64,000 nucleotides of DNA from Octopus bimaculoides. Taxonomy: Eukaryota. Made by a program: the position numbers and the translations under genes. Location of the stretch: contig NC_068984.1 of the NCBI RefSeq assembly GCF_001194135.2, positions 69,106,284 through 69,170,283 on the forward strand. Direction: 5' to 3'. Below are positions 1-14,401 of this stretch, piece after piece. Each line of letters begins with the position of its first letter. Within the stretch, counting starts at the first letter, position 1. The notes below the pieces were generated by a model, which worked only from the letters and a program-made list of their open reading frames with translations, was not told where the DNA came from and ran no database searches.

Positions 1-100
1 GAAGTCAAAATGAAAAGCCCGAAGAATTGCCGCTAAGCAAGTTTGTCCGGCGTGTAAACGATTCCACCAACTCATCGTTTAAGAAGAAGAAGAAGAAGAA

Positions 101-284
101 CCCTTTCTACTAAAGGTACAAAGCCTGAAATTTTAGCAGACCCCAGTGTATTAAATTTGTCGACCCCGAAAGGTTGAAAGGAAAAGTCGAATACGGCGGA
201 ATTTGAACTCAGAACGTAGTGACTGGCGAGATACCTCTAAGCATTTCGCCCGGTGTGCTAACGATTCTGCCAGCTCGCCGCCTT
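101..284 (-). mobile_element. tRNA-derived SINE (family A)
   Basis: Reverse complement begins GGCGGCGAGCTGGCAGAA...GAGTTCAAATTCCGCC (A/B-box-like head). The same body recurs many times in the window (305-520, 7715-7915, 7935-8155, 28850-29051, 38603-38800). Confidence 0.85.
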
Positions 285-304
285 ATAACAACTACAACAG
301 CAAT

Positions 305-520
305 AATCCTTTCCACTGTAGGCAACAAGGCCTGAAAATTTGAGGGAGGGGATAATCGATTACATCGACCCCGGTGCGTAATTAGTATTTATTTCATCGA
401 CCCGAAAAGGATGAAAGGCAAAGTCGGCCTCGGCGGAATTTGAACTCAGAACGTAGCGGCACGCGAAATGCCGCTAAGCATTTCACCCGATGTGCTAACG
501 ATTCTGCCAGCATGCCGCTT
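305..520 (-). mobile_element. tRNA-derived SINE (family A)
   Basis: Near-identical to 101-284 and 28850-29051; flanked by (AAC)n/(AAT)n. Confidence 0.85.
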
Positions 521-829
521 TACAACAATAACAACAGCAATAATAATAATAATGGTGATAAAATTTGGCATAATGCCAGCAATTTCAGTGGTAGAAAAAA
601 AGGAATTACAGCAGCAGCCACAACAACAACAACAGCAGCAGCAGAAATAACAACTACAACAACAACAACAATAACACTTTACTGGTTACAAAGGGCCATA
701 AAAACATTTAGGACAACTGAAAAGTAAAGGACAATGAAAATTTACTTGTACACTGGTAAAAATAAAACCAATAACAATAAAACAAGAAAATTATAATACA
801 TTTACCCAATTTATGGGGCATAAGGTCAC

Positions 830-3300
830 TTACGGTTAAATAAAGGACTCACAAGTGTTGGGTCAGAACGAACACCAAGAGCACCAGTGGAAGGAGTTTC
901 TTTCCTATCTCTTCACTCCATCTTACAGGCACCAGCTTAAATTATCCCCACTCACTCGGGCGATTTTCACCATATTCACCCACCTTACAACAAATTTACT
1001 TCGGAGCAGCTACCACTTCTAACCGTTACCTTTTTTTCAAATGTTATGTAAATAGTCAATGAGAGCATGGCCGAAGTTCAAAGTGTTTCTCTTCAGTTGT
1101 CTCTTTCTTGTCCACTACACAATCTATTTTATCAATAGCGACCAGTCGGAGAATAACTACCTGCCTGCTCAGCCAAAGGAAGGTAGCAGGGCGATTTTCA
1201 TGATGGTATCTGCCGATATCCAGTTCTTCCTACGCGTGAGAGCAGCTGTTTGAGATAACTCCACAGCTCAGCAGTACGTGGACACTGAACGAGTAACTGT
1301 AGAACAGTTTTGTTGCGCTCGGTCATGTCCAGTTGACGACACATTCTTGCTAGTAGAGTTTATCCCAAACCGGCAATGACTCAATCCCTCTTCCGGTAGC
1401 ACTACCAGGCCAGAAATCTCTGAAAATTACCTATGAGCCCCGGCAGAAAATCGCAGGAAATAACTAGCCAGCTGTTTTTTTCATCTGCGACCAGTTTCAC
1501 TGAGGATGTTTACCTACCACTAGACTATTAGTGCTTTTATCTACCACTAATAGTCTAGCGAACGCCACCCACCATATTGCCCTACTAATATAAGAATGGG
1601 AATGCTTGATGGCACTCTGGGTGCCAAGACCTCCGCTTTAACTTACATATGATCCAGGATTGCAGTTTTGTTTCAGAGACGAATTGCGGAAAGCGCATCT
1701 AAGCAACGGCGGCCACACTCAGTCATCGTGTAGAGAACGCTGAAAATTCCCGTAGATTAAGCACATCATAAACCATGGCATACCAAATCCTCCACATAGC
1801 AAATAGATCACTTGACCAGTAGAGCACGTCTCCTCCACAGAAAGTTGAAGATATCGTTCTAACCTTTTCAACCATGAACTAGAGCAAAGCACAACAGCTA
1901 GGTGATAATATATGTCGGAGGTGATGTAAGCATTCGACACTTCTGCCCAGGGTTTCAGGCATAGCGCATTTCTGTGTGAGATTGGCCAATATGCTCGTTA
2001 CCACGTCCTAGTTCTCTTCACTTACAGGTCTAGACGAAATCAGAACCCGAGAAATTTAACCGGTCTCTCCAGCGCCTCTTGCTGTTACTGGACGACATGG
2101 ATCTGCATACCCAGGTATTGCGCTGCAGGCCCAATTACTTTTCTTGGTTGGTTTTTGCTCAACAGTGCTTTATAGTCCCTCAGAGCAGTGTCGATCACTT
2201 CGATATGCCATGTCCCGACACACTGACAGTGATATCGTTCGTGTATGCCGACACGGATAAGTATTTTATTTCATGTGGTAAGCCCTTCGATGTCTCTACT
2301 AGCGGATTTAGAGTCAGTATATACAGAACGGAAGAGAGAATAAAATGCTGACCAAGAGAGTGCATGATACTGAATAGCGCTGTTAGGTTTCTGTTCAGCT
2401 TAAACACAAAGTTTAACCACAACTATATATTACAGAAGAGGGGAACGAAGCTGAATGCCTTGAGGACAGCTGCCAAATATCAGCGTCCGATCCTATCGAA
2501 ACCTTTGATTGACCAGGACCCCAACCATGTCGGTTTCTTTACCCACCCTCTCTAACTTGTATAGCATGAAATGCGGATTGTTGTGGATAAATTTGTTCGG
2601 AATAGTGCATGTTTGAACATTACCAGTTAGACTATCGACAAAACAACTGCTAACCTCTTTACCAACACTTAGGCCAAAATTTTGAAATCTTCATTGAACA
2701 GAGTTATGGACTGAAGATTATCGATGAGATTAGTTATACCGCTTATTGACTAACAGGACATAGACTTCTTTCGCTATGCTAACAGATGTGGTAGATCGTT
2801 TCCAAGACACCTCCAGATAATTCAGACATAAAAGTAAAGCACGCAGAGTAGATCCAAAGTAGACGAATTGTACCCCGTGCAGCCAATTAATTTTTTCGAT
2901 TTCCTGCAACTTTTATCAGCTTCCCGCGACACCGCGCCTCTCTTGCCAACAGTCGCAATAGGCTGTGAAGGTAGTCTCTGAAATCCAGCCTGCATTTCAA
3001 CCTAACACTCGTTCCAAACAGTCGAGCAAATTTCGGTTCTACACCACTCTCATCTGCTTTTGAGTTGTGTAACCTGCACCCATAATGGTCCACCAAAGAC
3101 TGAGCTGTTGCTTTGTTACTACCTTGAGCGTCTGCAATTCGGGTCCATCACATGGCTTTCAAACCTTCCTGCATTAGATCATACGTTGCAGCTCTGACAA
3201 GGCAACCTTCGTGATTTGCGTTGAAAAATGAGTCGAGAGCCAATCTCGCTGCAAGTATGTAGGTTTCAATGGTTCTCCTAAGCACTTTACGACTCCTAAA
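830..3300 (-). mobile_element. Decayed Tx1/L1-like non-LTR retrotransposon (ORF2 RT and C-terminal Cys motif)
   Basis: Manual minus-strand translation gives DNLQSITLFNEDFKILA*VLVKRL (~2640-2720), KGFDRIGR*YLAAVLKAF (~2450-2510), LSSVLYILTLNPL...SAYTNDITV (YADD-like, ~2220-2340) and KTVLQLLVQCP..AELW (~1250-1310). Many stops and frameshifts; boundaries approximate. Confidence 0.75.
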
Positions 3301-4764
3301 TTTCCCTTTATTTTAGTTTTTTATCGCTAGTCTTACTAAATCCAACTATTTGGAAGATTGATCAAGTCAAGGATAGCCTCCATGCCTCCTATTTGGATTA
3401 ATAATTCATCCCACTGGATCCCTATGCCTAACCAATTCTTCTTACCCATTCCCTCAAGTTTCGAAATTCTTGTATTATTTTCTATGCCACATATTATGGC
3501 TACCAGAAGCAAGAAGATAACTACTTTCGATGATAACTCAACTTTTATTTATACCACTCTCTGACCGGGGTATGATGGAATTGGCAGCAGTTTATTATTC
3601 TTTAGTGTTGTCGAATTTTCTTTCACTTCAACAATAGTTTGGAACTTCAATTCAACTGGGCCAAAACGTCTTCCTCGAGCAGTATAAGTTTTTTTATGCC
3701 CTTGAATGGTTTAAGGCACTTTTAAATATGGTATGTCCCACCTGCTCAAGTCACCTCGTTTTGAGTACAATACATTTGTATCTTATTATATTTGGTTAGG
3801 TTTCCTCTTGAGTTTGTTGTGTTGTGTTTATGTATATTGCTCTGCCATTCTTGGAGAGGTGCATATTTGCATTCCTTAGTTCTTTCATTAAAAATTGCCT
3901 TTAGCTTACTGCAAACATTTGAGAGACCGTTTCCATTTTGCAAGCCCCCAGCACAGCACATCACCACCTACAGCAGTCTAGTTTTGGTAGTATTCTCACT
4001 GATCTTATACTGATGACTCTCTATCCCAGGTAAATCATTAATTTTACTTTTACAAAGTTTGGCTGTAAAATAATTTTGTACGTTTTCTTTTTTGTTTTCT
4101 GTGTAGTTGTATTCAGTTTCAAAATTTTCTTTAAAGGGTTGCTGTCTCTATGTCTCGAGAGCACTTCGAGTGAATATACACAAAAGAAAACCAAAAGAAG
4201 AGAGGGAAAAAAAACTGTTAAAATGCTTTGTTTCCATACTGGAGAACATCCACACAACTATATTTATCACCTCTATATTGTCAGGTCTTCACTCTGATAT
4301 TTCTGCATATGTGTGCAGCCACTTTGTTTTTTCTTTCATTGTGTCAATATTTTTTCCATGTGTGTCTTGTGACAAAGAAGCAATATTTTCAATTATTTTA
4401 TTACAAGTGTCTTCTTTTCGGTATTTTTTCCATGTTGTGGGCGTATATTTTTGTTAATGTTGTTCTTGCAGATGCCATTATTTGCAAATCTCTGAGGAAA
4501 AAAGCAAAATATTAAAAACAATCCCCTTTCTTGTTTTTTTGTTTCTTTTTTTTTTTTTTCGTTTTTTTTTTTTTTTTGAGAAAATGAAATCAGAACTTCT
4601 TCAAAATGTCGTGTTTTGTATTAATCCAATTGAAAGAAAAATGTTTTTCATTTTCTTTGGTAAACGTTGGAATAGATAGATTCTCGTAGCTATCATGTAC
4701 TACCAAGAAAAGCGTCTTGACAAGACGACGGTGAACAGCAACAACAATAACAAGATGGGGAAAA

Positions 4765-5372
4765 TTGAGAAAACTACTCGCAATGTGCGGAGCATTTCAC
4801 AGGTGAGTGTGACATTGACAAGCTTTATCTAACCAAGCACAAAGGTGTACGAAGATTAATCAGCTGTAAAAGTTGTATATGCTTAGAAGAAAATAGCTTT
4901 GAGTGGTATATCAAGAGCATCGCATAACCGTTGCTCAATCAAGTGAGAATACCTGCTAAAGTCAGGACCGATACTTGCGTGGATACATAGGAGTACAAAG
5001 AAAAGGCGAAAGACTGAGGAAGACGAAAGAAAAAGGAATGGGAAAAATATGATCGGGCAGTTTTCAAGAGAAATGAGTAGGAATACAGACGCCGAGACAA
5101 CGATGGAAGATTGCAGTGGTTAGAGAAGAGTGACTTCAAGCCAGACACAGAAGTGTTTATCTGTGAATCACAGGAACAAGTACCTATGAAAAATTACAAC
5201 ACCAAATGCAGAATTGATAGTGCAACAGAAAGGGAATCCTCAGCAAGAATCCTCAGATGAGTTTCTGAAATCTAAAGGAAGAACGTTACCATAGACCATT
5301 GTTAGTGGACAGCTGAAATTTTGTTGCATTCTGCAGCGAATGTACCAAAGTTTCAGCTGCTGTGTTAAACAA

Positions 5373-5375
<3 letters not shown>
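4765..5375 (+). mobile_element. R4/Dong-like RLE non-LTR retrotransposon fragment (post-RT region and 3' UTR)
   Basis: RKLLAMCGAFH...DIDKLYL and WL.KSDFKPDTEVFICESQEQ-like motifs. The 3' UTR (GTG[G/A]ACAGCTGA...CAGCG...GCTGTG) resembles 32945-33021 and ends in (GAT)n. Confidence 0.65.
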
Positions 5376-5403
<28 letters not shown>

Positions 5404-5405
<2 letters not shown>

Positions 5406-6328
5406 AAGAGCACTCAGAGAGCGCAAACCTCTGCCAAGGCAACACCAACGCCCTCTCAACGATTAGCCAGAGATGATTTTTAAAACGAGAATATCTGAAA
5501 TAAACTCGACTGCTCTCACAAACTAGAATACTAAAGATAAACCCGACCGCTCTCAAAAATTAAAGAAAAAAAAACGGGAAAATAATCCAGAATCCGTATC
5601 CGGTACCTGATCGATCCCAGCGGTAGATATGAAATGTGAAAGTAGAAAATTTAGTAACAGTAATAAATAGTTTATCCTTATCTAGTACAAGACAAAGTTA
5701 AAAAATTCACCATTCAAAATAGTTTCAAAAGCAGAGGTAATAATAGTAAGTTCTACTCAGGAATTTTTAAATGAATAGCACGAGACCTTTTGGTCTTCTT
5801 TTCTCTTAAATTCCAACCTTCCTTTAGTATTCCTGTTGTTTTAGATCGATGTATAGATGTATGTATATATGTAAGTATACTGTAAAGTGTTAGTATGTAT
5901 GTATAATTTATAAAATATATATTATAAAGATATGTTACAGCTATTTAATTTTTGAACGGTTTTGCTGCCGTAAGTTTGTGTAGTTTGATTGCTTTATCCA
6001 TCAGTTTCTACTAAGACAGAGACGCGAGTAAAGTTAATAATAGAGAAACGAAAGTAAAACTTTGGAAACAGCCTAAAGGGATGTGATTGAGAAAGACTTG
6101 ACAGTCAACGTAAGTTCGTAATCATGTAAAGTAAATATAACAAATAATCCAGAATCCTTGTCCGATGCCACAGTTATCTCAAAATCTAATCAGTTCGTGC
6201 TAATCACAAGGCCAAACATCCCTGAAAATTTCATTCGAATCTATCCAGCGGTCCTTGGGATATCTTGTCCAAGGACAAGCAAGCAGACAAACACTGAAAA
6301 CAATACCTCCGCCTTAAGCAAGGGCGGA

Positions 6329-6334
<6 letters not shown>
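5404..6334 (+). mobile_element. Putative DINE-1/HINE-like non-autonomous Helentron
   Basis: 5' ACCTCTGCC (5427-5435) is inverted relative to the 3' hairpin TACCTCCGCC-ttaagcaag-GGCGGAGGTA (6304-6332). AATAATCCAGAATCC occurs twice internally. Classification is by architecture only. Confidence 0.45.
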
Positions 6335-6388
<54 letters not shown>

Positions 6389-6486
6389 AAGAAGAAGAAG
6401 AAGAAGAAGAAGAAGAAGAAGAAGAAGAAGAAGAGGAGGAGGAGGAGGAGGAGGACGAAGAAAAGGACAAGAAGAAGAAGAAGAAG

Positions 6487-6518
<32 letters not shown>

Positions 6519-6532
6519 GTAGTAGTAGTAGT
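6332..6532. repeat. Compound trinucleotide microsatellite (AAT)n(AAG)n(AGG)n(AAG)n(TAG)n
   Basis: Directly visible. Confidence 0.95.
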
Positions 6533-6533
6533 T

Positions 6534-6880
6534 CCGGATGGTGTCCAAGGTTATTGAATGAAGAAGCTGAGAAGGATCCATGAAAGCATAGCACAACGGC
6601 TAGATGACTGCTTGCAGGAAGGTGCAGTATCCAGCTGGATGACAAAGGGAAAGACATTGTTATGTGCGACGGAACCTGAAAAGGGAAATGCTGCATCCAA
6701 CTTTAGACCAATAACATGCCTTCCGCTAATGTGGAAACTAATGTCAGGTGCTTTGGCCAGTGAACTGTACAAATACTTGGAAAAAAGTGGGCTGCTACCC
6801 ATCGAACAGAAAGGATGCCGAAAAAGGGGCCGGGGAACGAATAATGAACTCTTGGTGGGTGGCCGAATTCAAATGGGTAG
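6534..6880 (+). mobile_element. R4/Dong-like reverse transcriptase N-terminal fragment
   Basis: PDGVQGY*MKKLRRIHESIAQRL...NFRPITCLPLMWKLMSG...LLPIEQKGCRKRGRGT; runs into an N gap. Confidence 0.85.
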
Positions 6881-7287
6881 AAGACCTAAAACAATNNNNN
6901 NNNNNNNNNNNNNNNNNNNNNNNNNNNNNNNNNNNNNNNNNNNNNNNNNNNNNNNNNNNNNNNNNNNNNNNNNNNNNNNNNNNNNNNNNNNNNNNNNNNN
7001 NNNNNNNNNNNNNNNNNNNNNNNNNNNNNNNNNNNNNNTCTCTCACTTCCTCTCTCCCTTGCCCGACACACGCGTCAAATTTAAGTATTTTAATTTTCTC
7101 ATTGAAATCGTTGCTTCTTTGGTGGCCCCGGAGGCATTATCGTTGAGAAGTAGTAATGCAACATATACGTGGTGGTTTCAGATTACAAGATATCTAGTTA
7201 AAAATTTTTATTTATGCAACAAAATTTCTTTCAACAATTGCTTTCTCTTAAGTGTGACACAGCCGTATTAATAATAATAAAAACTTT

Positions 7288-7550
7288 GAAAAAGGAAGAA
7301 TTTGGAGCATGCGATCAGTAAAGGTCGTGCCTATAATAATTGGTGCATTGGGAACAGTAGGCAAATATATGGACAGATGGCTGGAAGAGATTGAAATCAG
7401 TAAGTTCCTCCAAAAGATTTGCCTCTTAGGGACAACAATGGTTACCAGGAGGGTTCTAAGCACTTGAAAGATTGTTGAAGACTTGTGGATACCAAAGGTT
7501 ACCATATAAATTCTACCAGGAATAAGACCGAACCTGAGCCAAATCAAAAT
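7288..7550 (+). mobile_element. R4/Dong-like C-terminus and 3' UTR
   Basis: IWSMRSVKVVPIIIGALGTV...LQKICLLGTTMVTRRVLST*, followed by an AATAATAAC tail. Confidence 0.8.
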
Positions 7551-7714
7551 AATAACAATCCTTTCTTTTATAGGCACAAGGCCTTAAATATTTGGGAAAC
7601 GATTTAGTCGATTGAATCGACCCAAGTACTCAAATGGCATATATGTTATCGATCCCTAAAAGACGAAAGGCAATGTGAACCTCGGCAGGATTAATGATAA
7701 TGATAATAATCTTT

Positions 7715-8155
7715 TCTTCTAAAGGTACAAGGCCTGTTTTTGTGGGTGGTTGATGCTAGGCGATTGTGTCGATCATGGTGCTTAATTGGTAGATCGACCC
7801 CGAAAAGATGAAAGGTAAATTTGACCTCGGTTGTATTTGAACCTAGAACGAAATTTGAACGAAATGATGCTAAGCCTTTTGTCAGGTGTACAAATGATTC
7901 GGCCAGCTCACCCGATTTCTCCCTCTTTGATAATAATAATAATCCTTTCTACTATAGGCACGAGGCCTTAAATTTTGGTGGGAGGGAGATAGCCGATGAC
8001 ATCGACTCCAGTACTCAAGTAGTCCTTACTTTTCTTGACCTCTAAAGGAAGAAAGGTAAAGTCAAGCTCGACGGAATTTGAACTGAGAATGTTAAGAAAG
8101 ACAAAATGCCGCTAAGCATTTAGTCCGGTGTGTTAATGATTTTGCCACTCACCAC
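7715..8155 (-). mobile_element. Two decayed family A SINE copies
   Basis: Shared body (ATCGACCCC.AAAAGATGAAAGG.AAA...GAATTTGAAC) and head (GCCAGCTCACC). Confidence 0.75.
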
Positions 8156-11100
8156 CTTAATAATAATAACAACAACAATAACAACAACAGCTCTTGTGTA
8201 TTTTATAGAAGACATTGTCCTGTCGGTTAAAAAAATTGTCACAGGTGTTTGAGCAGTCAAACCGTGTAAATTCGGGTGAAACCCATTTTGTCCAACGCTA
8301 GAACAATTCTGCCAACCCACTCGCTCTGGTTTGATATTTTAATTTATCTTCTCTGGAAGAATGAAAAGCATAGCTCTCACTGAGATTTTAAATGGAACGA
8401 CAAAGAACTGTAACATACTGTAAATAATGTACGTACCTCACTGTAGCAATAAAATAATTATTTCTTTCATTAGTCCAAGAGGCTCTGAGTGCGCTCTGAA
8501 AATACTCATGACACTTCGAAGATTCTGGTAAAGAAAAGGGATCGTCTTGATAACGGTATCGACAGTACCTTTTCTTCAGTTCACTCCATTGTAAGTTCGA
8601 GGTACAAGAGGAGTGGAACTCGGCGATGGGTTCTTTTATTATTTAACTGGTTTCAGTGTTTGAAATTTGGTCATGCTGAGCAAATAGTCGGTCGAGAATA
8701 TTGAACTTCAGTACTTGACTGATATTTTATTGGTCCCCAAATAATAAAAACAAAGTAGGGCTGAATCTGAAGACAGAGCGTAATGGAAAATAAACATTGC
8801 TAGCCAACACCACATGTCAACTAACAACTCAATTTCACGGCACTGCCAAAACTCAAATATCTCTACACTCTACAGTTCTGTGGTAACTGGGAGTTTAGCT
8901 ATTGAGAGTACAGTATCTTGGCTGTGGACATATCATAATGACTTAAAAATAATAACTGTTGATATATCGACTCACCGATATCTTATTGATTCAGTTTTCC
9001 TAGGATAATATAACATTTTACTAGAAAAAAATTTAGTCAGGTTTCAATTGTGAGAAAAGACAAATAAATGAGTCAGAAATAAGAACTATTTTTCTTCTAT
9101 TATCTATTAATAAATGGAAAATAGATTTAATGTATCGTACTGTTTTATTTCATCTTAAGAATATATTTATGGTTAACTTCAGAAAACTAGAAGGCAATGG
9201 CATGGTGATTTTTCATTTAACTGCTGCAAAATGAAAGAAAGAAAACTCCAGAGATTATGCCGACTTTATGTATGAAACAACACGTTTATTTAAATGTTAG
9301 TATTTTGAAGTTCACAATTTTAAATAGCTGTAGAAACGTGCAAATTGCTAGCAGCTTTCATGATGGCATGCCAAACGTTAAACTGATATCTAAGACAATG
9401 ATTCATTGGAAATTTTCCATAGTATTGATGTTTATTCTTACAATTTGACATCAAGCTGAGATCTTTCTTTGATAAAGACTTTTATTTTCTTGGCACAGAA
9501 TATTATTACATTAGTTCCCCGATAGTTTGGCTTTGCATAAAAGTAACAAATGATAATAATAAAAAATTCATTTATAATGCGTATTGGTTTCATGATACAC
9601 GTAGCGCTATAATTCTAAAGATGCAGAAATATTTGTATCCTTTCTGAGGTTTTTTTTTTCCATAAATTTAGTTCAGATTAAGAAGAGGTCGTTAATTTAG
9701 AGAACAAGAAAAAAAACAAAAACAAAAAATTTTTAAAAGCCACCGTGTTTGACACAATAATCGCAGAGTGGTAGATTTTACACGTGTTGAAGATTTAATA
9801 TGATGTGACTAATATTTTCTTTTACAATGTTTTCTCGATTTTAGATTTGTAGAAATGATTAATAACTTTATTTCCAATATGTTGTAATGTTTAGTAGAGG
9901 ATGTTAGACAGGGAAATATGAAGTTCAACTAGGCATAAAGGTTTGCAGGGAAGTCATCGAATGACAGCCTATTGAAATATTTATGATATTTATTATGTTA
10001 ATGTTGCTAAAAGAAGAAAACAATTTGTAGAATTAAAATGTAGAAATGACTAATTTATTCAAAACAGTATTTAAAATTCATATTGTGAACATATATCTAG
10101 TATTAAACTTGCAACGAAGTCAGTTTTCAAACGCATGCTAGTAAATCAACTGCTAAAATATGAGGTGAAATTATTCATAATAATATTTTCATAAATGTTC
10201 AAGTGTCAGGTAGATGCAGTATTAAACCACTAGCTCATGTAGCATGAGTTCGAATTCGTTTGTTCTGGACAAGATGTTTTATTCTAGACATATTTAATTC
10301 TAAGTAAGAAATAAATGCGATACAATTATATCGTATTAAGTAGATTGAGTGGCCACGTCGAACTCTTCCTTTTTTTACATCGCAGAAAATGTGCTTTTAT
10401 TCTAATTCCACACGGTATACACTAAACCCCACAAAATTTACTTTTCTTACTCCCTTTTATCTCACTACCATATGCACAGGAAGTCAAATGAGAAATTTCT
10501 TCCAGTCGCACTAGCCTACCACTGTAAAAGCTGTAGCAGATTTTCTTTCATAGCGCTTTTTATCATCTTCAAATTTTATTTTAACATTCACTCACTCAAA
10601 GGGAGCTTACACAGCATATGAAAACCAAGTACAAATATCCCATTTCCCACAAAAATAGTCTCTGACTCGGTCAACTAATAACTTATCTCAAAAAGGTGTA
10701 CAATATTGTAAATAACGTATTTCATCGATTTAAGTCTCTTTCCATTCGCTGTGACCTTCTAGTGAGATTCAGTAGAACCAGAACGACTGCATTTTTTCTC
10801 AGACATCTGCAGTTCGTTGACAAAAGTAGTACTGTTGCTGGTGACAACAAGAAATCTTTCAAACAAATGTTATGGAAATCTTATGTTAAGTAAGTTGCCT
10901 ATAGACTGCATTGCCATCCAACTCTTGAATCGCATGTTACTAGTCAGACTGATCTATTGTAGTAACCAATGATGATGCTATATACACACCACATTTTTGT
11001 AAATGTTGGTTAATGTTAGAATTCACTTACATTTTCCATACACATTTTTTTTTTTGTAAATGAATTATTTTCGCACTGTCACTTCTAACCATAGACTCTT

Positions 11101-14100
11101 ATATCAATTATAAAACACTTCATTCTTTAACATTCTGCGCACAAACATCATCTAAGCGCATCTAGACACGATGATATCAGACTTGTTCTGTTCTATAAAC
11201 AGAAACTGCAAAACGCAGCAACAAGTGTTTCCTTCAACAGCCTCAGTAAACGATAGTTACGTACATCAAGGAAACATCAAACAGCCAACAATCTTTCGAC
11301 AGTTCTGCAGCATTACATTTTCCTTTCTCATGAACATCGCAGAGCTAAACGGCCAGCTCACTATAATTAACCAGACATCTATATGAAATTTAGATTCAGC
11401 CTATGTAGAAGATGCGAAACTGGGGATGAATTGAGATCATTTTATTCTATAGAAAATACAGAATGGAAACATATTTCTTAATTACCTTTAGTCGTGGACA
11501 ATGACAAATCAATATGGAAGATTAATGTTGTTGATATAAAAGGAATATTTCGGCTTCACGAAATATAAATATCGTTTTTAGTAAGACAAACAGTACTGCA
11601 ATGTTCTTGAACAACGTTGAAACTAGAACTCTACTGATGGGAGTGGTGATCGAGTTTAACCTTTAAAAACATGCATTTGTGTGTGTCCATAGATATATCT
11701 ATAAATCCCTCTTTTGCGTGTGTCAATTCAACTGTGGTTAATGAAATATGAACGTGGGCTTGTATATAAATGAATGATAATATCTGTACATTTTTTATAT
11801 ACGAGTGATTCTGTACATAAATGTATGCATGTATATACAAGCGTGTTTTCATGATTCAGTTATTAATCTGTCAGTAAACTAAACCTAATTGTGAGGTGGC
11901 AGTGTTTTTGTTCTCTGTGTGGCAACGCATATCGCACGGTCTGTTCTACTGGATGCAAAGCGTGTAGAAAAATTTGTATTTGAAAAGAAGCAACTCGTGT
12001 AGAAATATTCTTGTTTTCCAGGAACAATTTTGTTTCCCATAAATAGAATAAGTCATTTTTTGTGCGCTGCAAAATATGTGATCGGAGTGGATAGGATAAA
12101 CGGGTTCGTTGGACCTGGTATGGCTGCGTCATAATGTAAAAGGTTGGTAAGGTTGTGAGACTTTTCAGGCACGCAGGAGTATGAGGACGGTTAGTGATTA
12201 GGTATGCCTATTGATATAATAGCACGCAATTCCTGATTGATCTTGATATGAATCGATGAATTCATGCATCGAAAAGCGTTTGCATAGTCAGCACTCTACG
12301 AAATGTAGTACACTCTTCTCCAAGAGAGATTTACTATACATAAGTAGTCCAAAATTGCACTTCAACACTAGACTATTTCTTATAAGTCAGAAAATACTTC
12401 CGATCCGTGGCTTAGCGGCTTGCTATAAATATCAAGTGCGACCAAAATTAATTCCATATCTTGGATTTTCTTTCTACTGTACACATAGACATCCAGAACC
12501 ATATCTGAAAATTGTCATTTGATTATTAGTATAGACTAACTCCCTAATATACCAATGTTACTTGTCCGTTCTTCTACCCGTTTCTGCTACTACATTTATA
12601 AGGGTTTACGTTGGTGTAAGCTACGTACAATTTACATATTCTTTTATTGTCATTCGTACATATCTCACCTCCTAAACATCATACTTAATAGTTTTTCTAA
12701 TCAATTCTCCCCAGAAGATTATTTCTCTTGTGTTTCATCCATACTTACATATTTTCCTTCGGGCATCAGACCTCAGAACTTCATGTTCTACATACAATTT
12801 GAAAGGGTCTATAAACCGCATCAGTAACTTTCTTATCCTGCTCCAGTAAAGAAGCCTCCGCGAAGTGGCTCGATCCACCAAAATTAGTAAACAAATTCCT
12901 GTCATAAAAAATTGGCACATTGGCTAACATCGTCTTAGATACATTGTCTGAAGCAAAGGTGGTACTGTCACAGTTTGAATGCCGTTAATCGTAGATCTAT
13001 TAATTCAGATCTCACCTGGGACTAAACAACAACCACAACAACATCTTGCTAAAATGGAAGGAAACATTGGATATTATAGTCATAAAAATACAAGCAAATG
13101 GAATGGTTATGACTAGTAGTGTTTGATCAAAGCACTGCTCCGTCATCTCTGACAGAGCTCTAAATTATAACAACTCTGGTGCCATTATTTTGTCCCGGTT
13201 GTCATTGATTGATTGCATGAGAGTCAACTGTGGTATCTATGAAAATACTGAAGCTTGGAATATTTTTTTCTATAAATGATTACTAAGCCAAATAAAATCA
13301 ATCTTCTGTTTTTTTTCTATATACGTTTAAAATTTTGATTTCTTTCGCAAGTTATCTGAATATTAAATTTTCAGCGTGGCACTTTTCAACATGACATAAC
13401 CAACACAAATTACGAGCTATATGCAAAACGAAATGCAATAGAAATATGTTCACATACGAAGAATATATAGTAATACAATTTCTATTACATATTGTTCTTG
13501 TTAATATTTACTAGAGCAAAAAGTATGTAAATTACTCGACAGGTTTTTGAGGTATTTCGTTAAGAGCGAATCCATACTTGTACGCTAACTTAAATTAATG
13601 CCGCAAATTTATGTAGGAGAGAACAGGCAATTACTCAATCCAGGACACTTGTTTTATCGACCCTGAAAGGATGTAACGCAAAAGTTGATCTTTGTGGATT
13701 GAATTTAGAACATAAAGGGGTACTGCTAAACCTTACTAATTATTTTGCATAGCGCTGAACGAAATCTTTCCGATCCATCGTCCTGAAAAGTATTCAGACA
13801 CTGATTACATATTTTGAAAAAAAAATGGAGTTTTCTTTGATTCCTTTTGTACAGTTGCTTTCGATATACAATTTCTCTGCGATTTTACCAAGATACAATG
13901 CTGTGTGGAACTACGCCAATGGGCTTGGAGTAGAAACAGGAAGCAGATAATCAGTTTAATGTTATCTTTCTCAGATATCTTGAAATTGACAGGACCACTA
14001 GGTGTTCACTCGCTATTCTTTTAATTTATTCTTTTAATTTATTCTTTTAATTAATATTTATTGGTTTCAGTCATTGAAACGCGGCCAAGTTCGAACACAA

Positions 14101-14401
14101 CTTTCACAAGGATTAGTCAGTCATATCGACCTTAGTGCATATTTCAGTTTGGTATTTACTTCATTAATCACATTTAGCGAATGCTTCTGTCTCACAGCAA
14201 CAATGTAATTTTTTTTTTTTTTTACTAAGGTGAGCGCAAACACGTGTCCATGCAACTTTGCGGTCAAAAATACAAAACCATAGAATAAGTATCAAACTTT
14301 AAAAGCAATTAAGTGCTGGGTAGATTCATTCGTTTAAAACTCATCAAGACGGCGCCCTCACATGGCCGTAGTCTAATGACTGAAACAAATAAACGATATT
14401 A

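Noticed and set aside
6158-6696. ORFs with poly-K/R/F/S/L runs
   Set aside because: Translations of the compound microsatellite.
12790-12980. Minus-strand open stretch MLANVPIFYDRNLFTNFGGSSHFAEASLL... with nearby GT donors
   Set aside because: Unrecognised peptide and no supporting exon chain.
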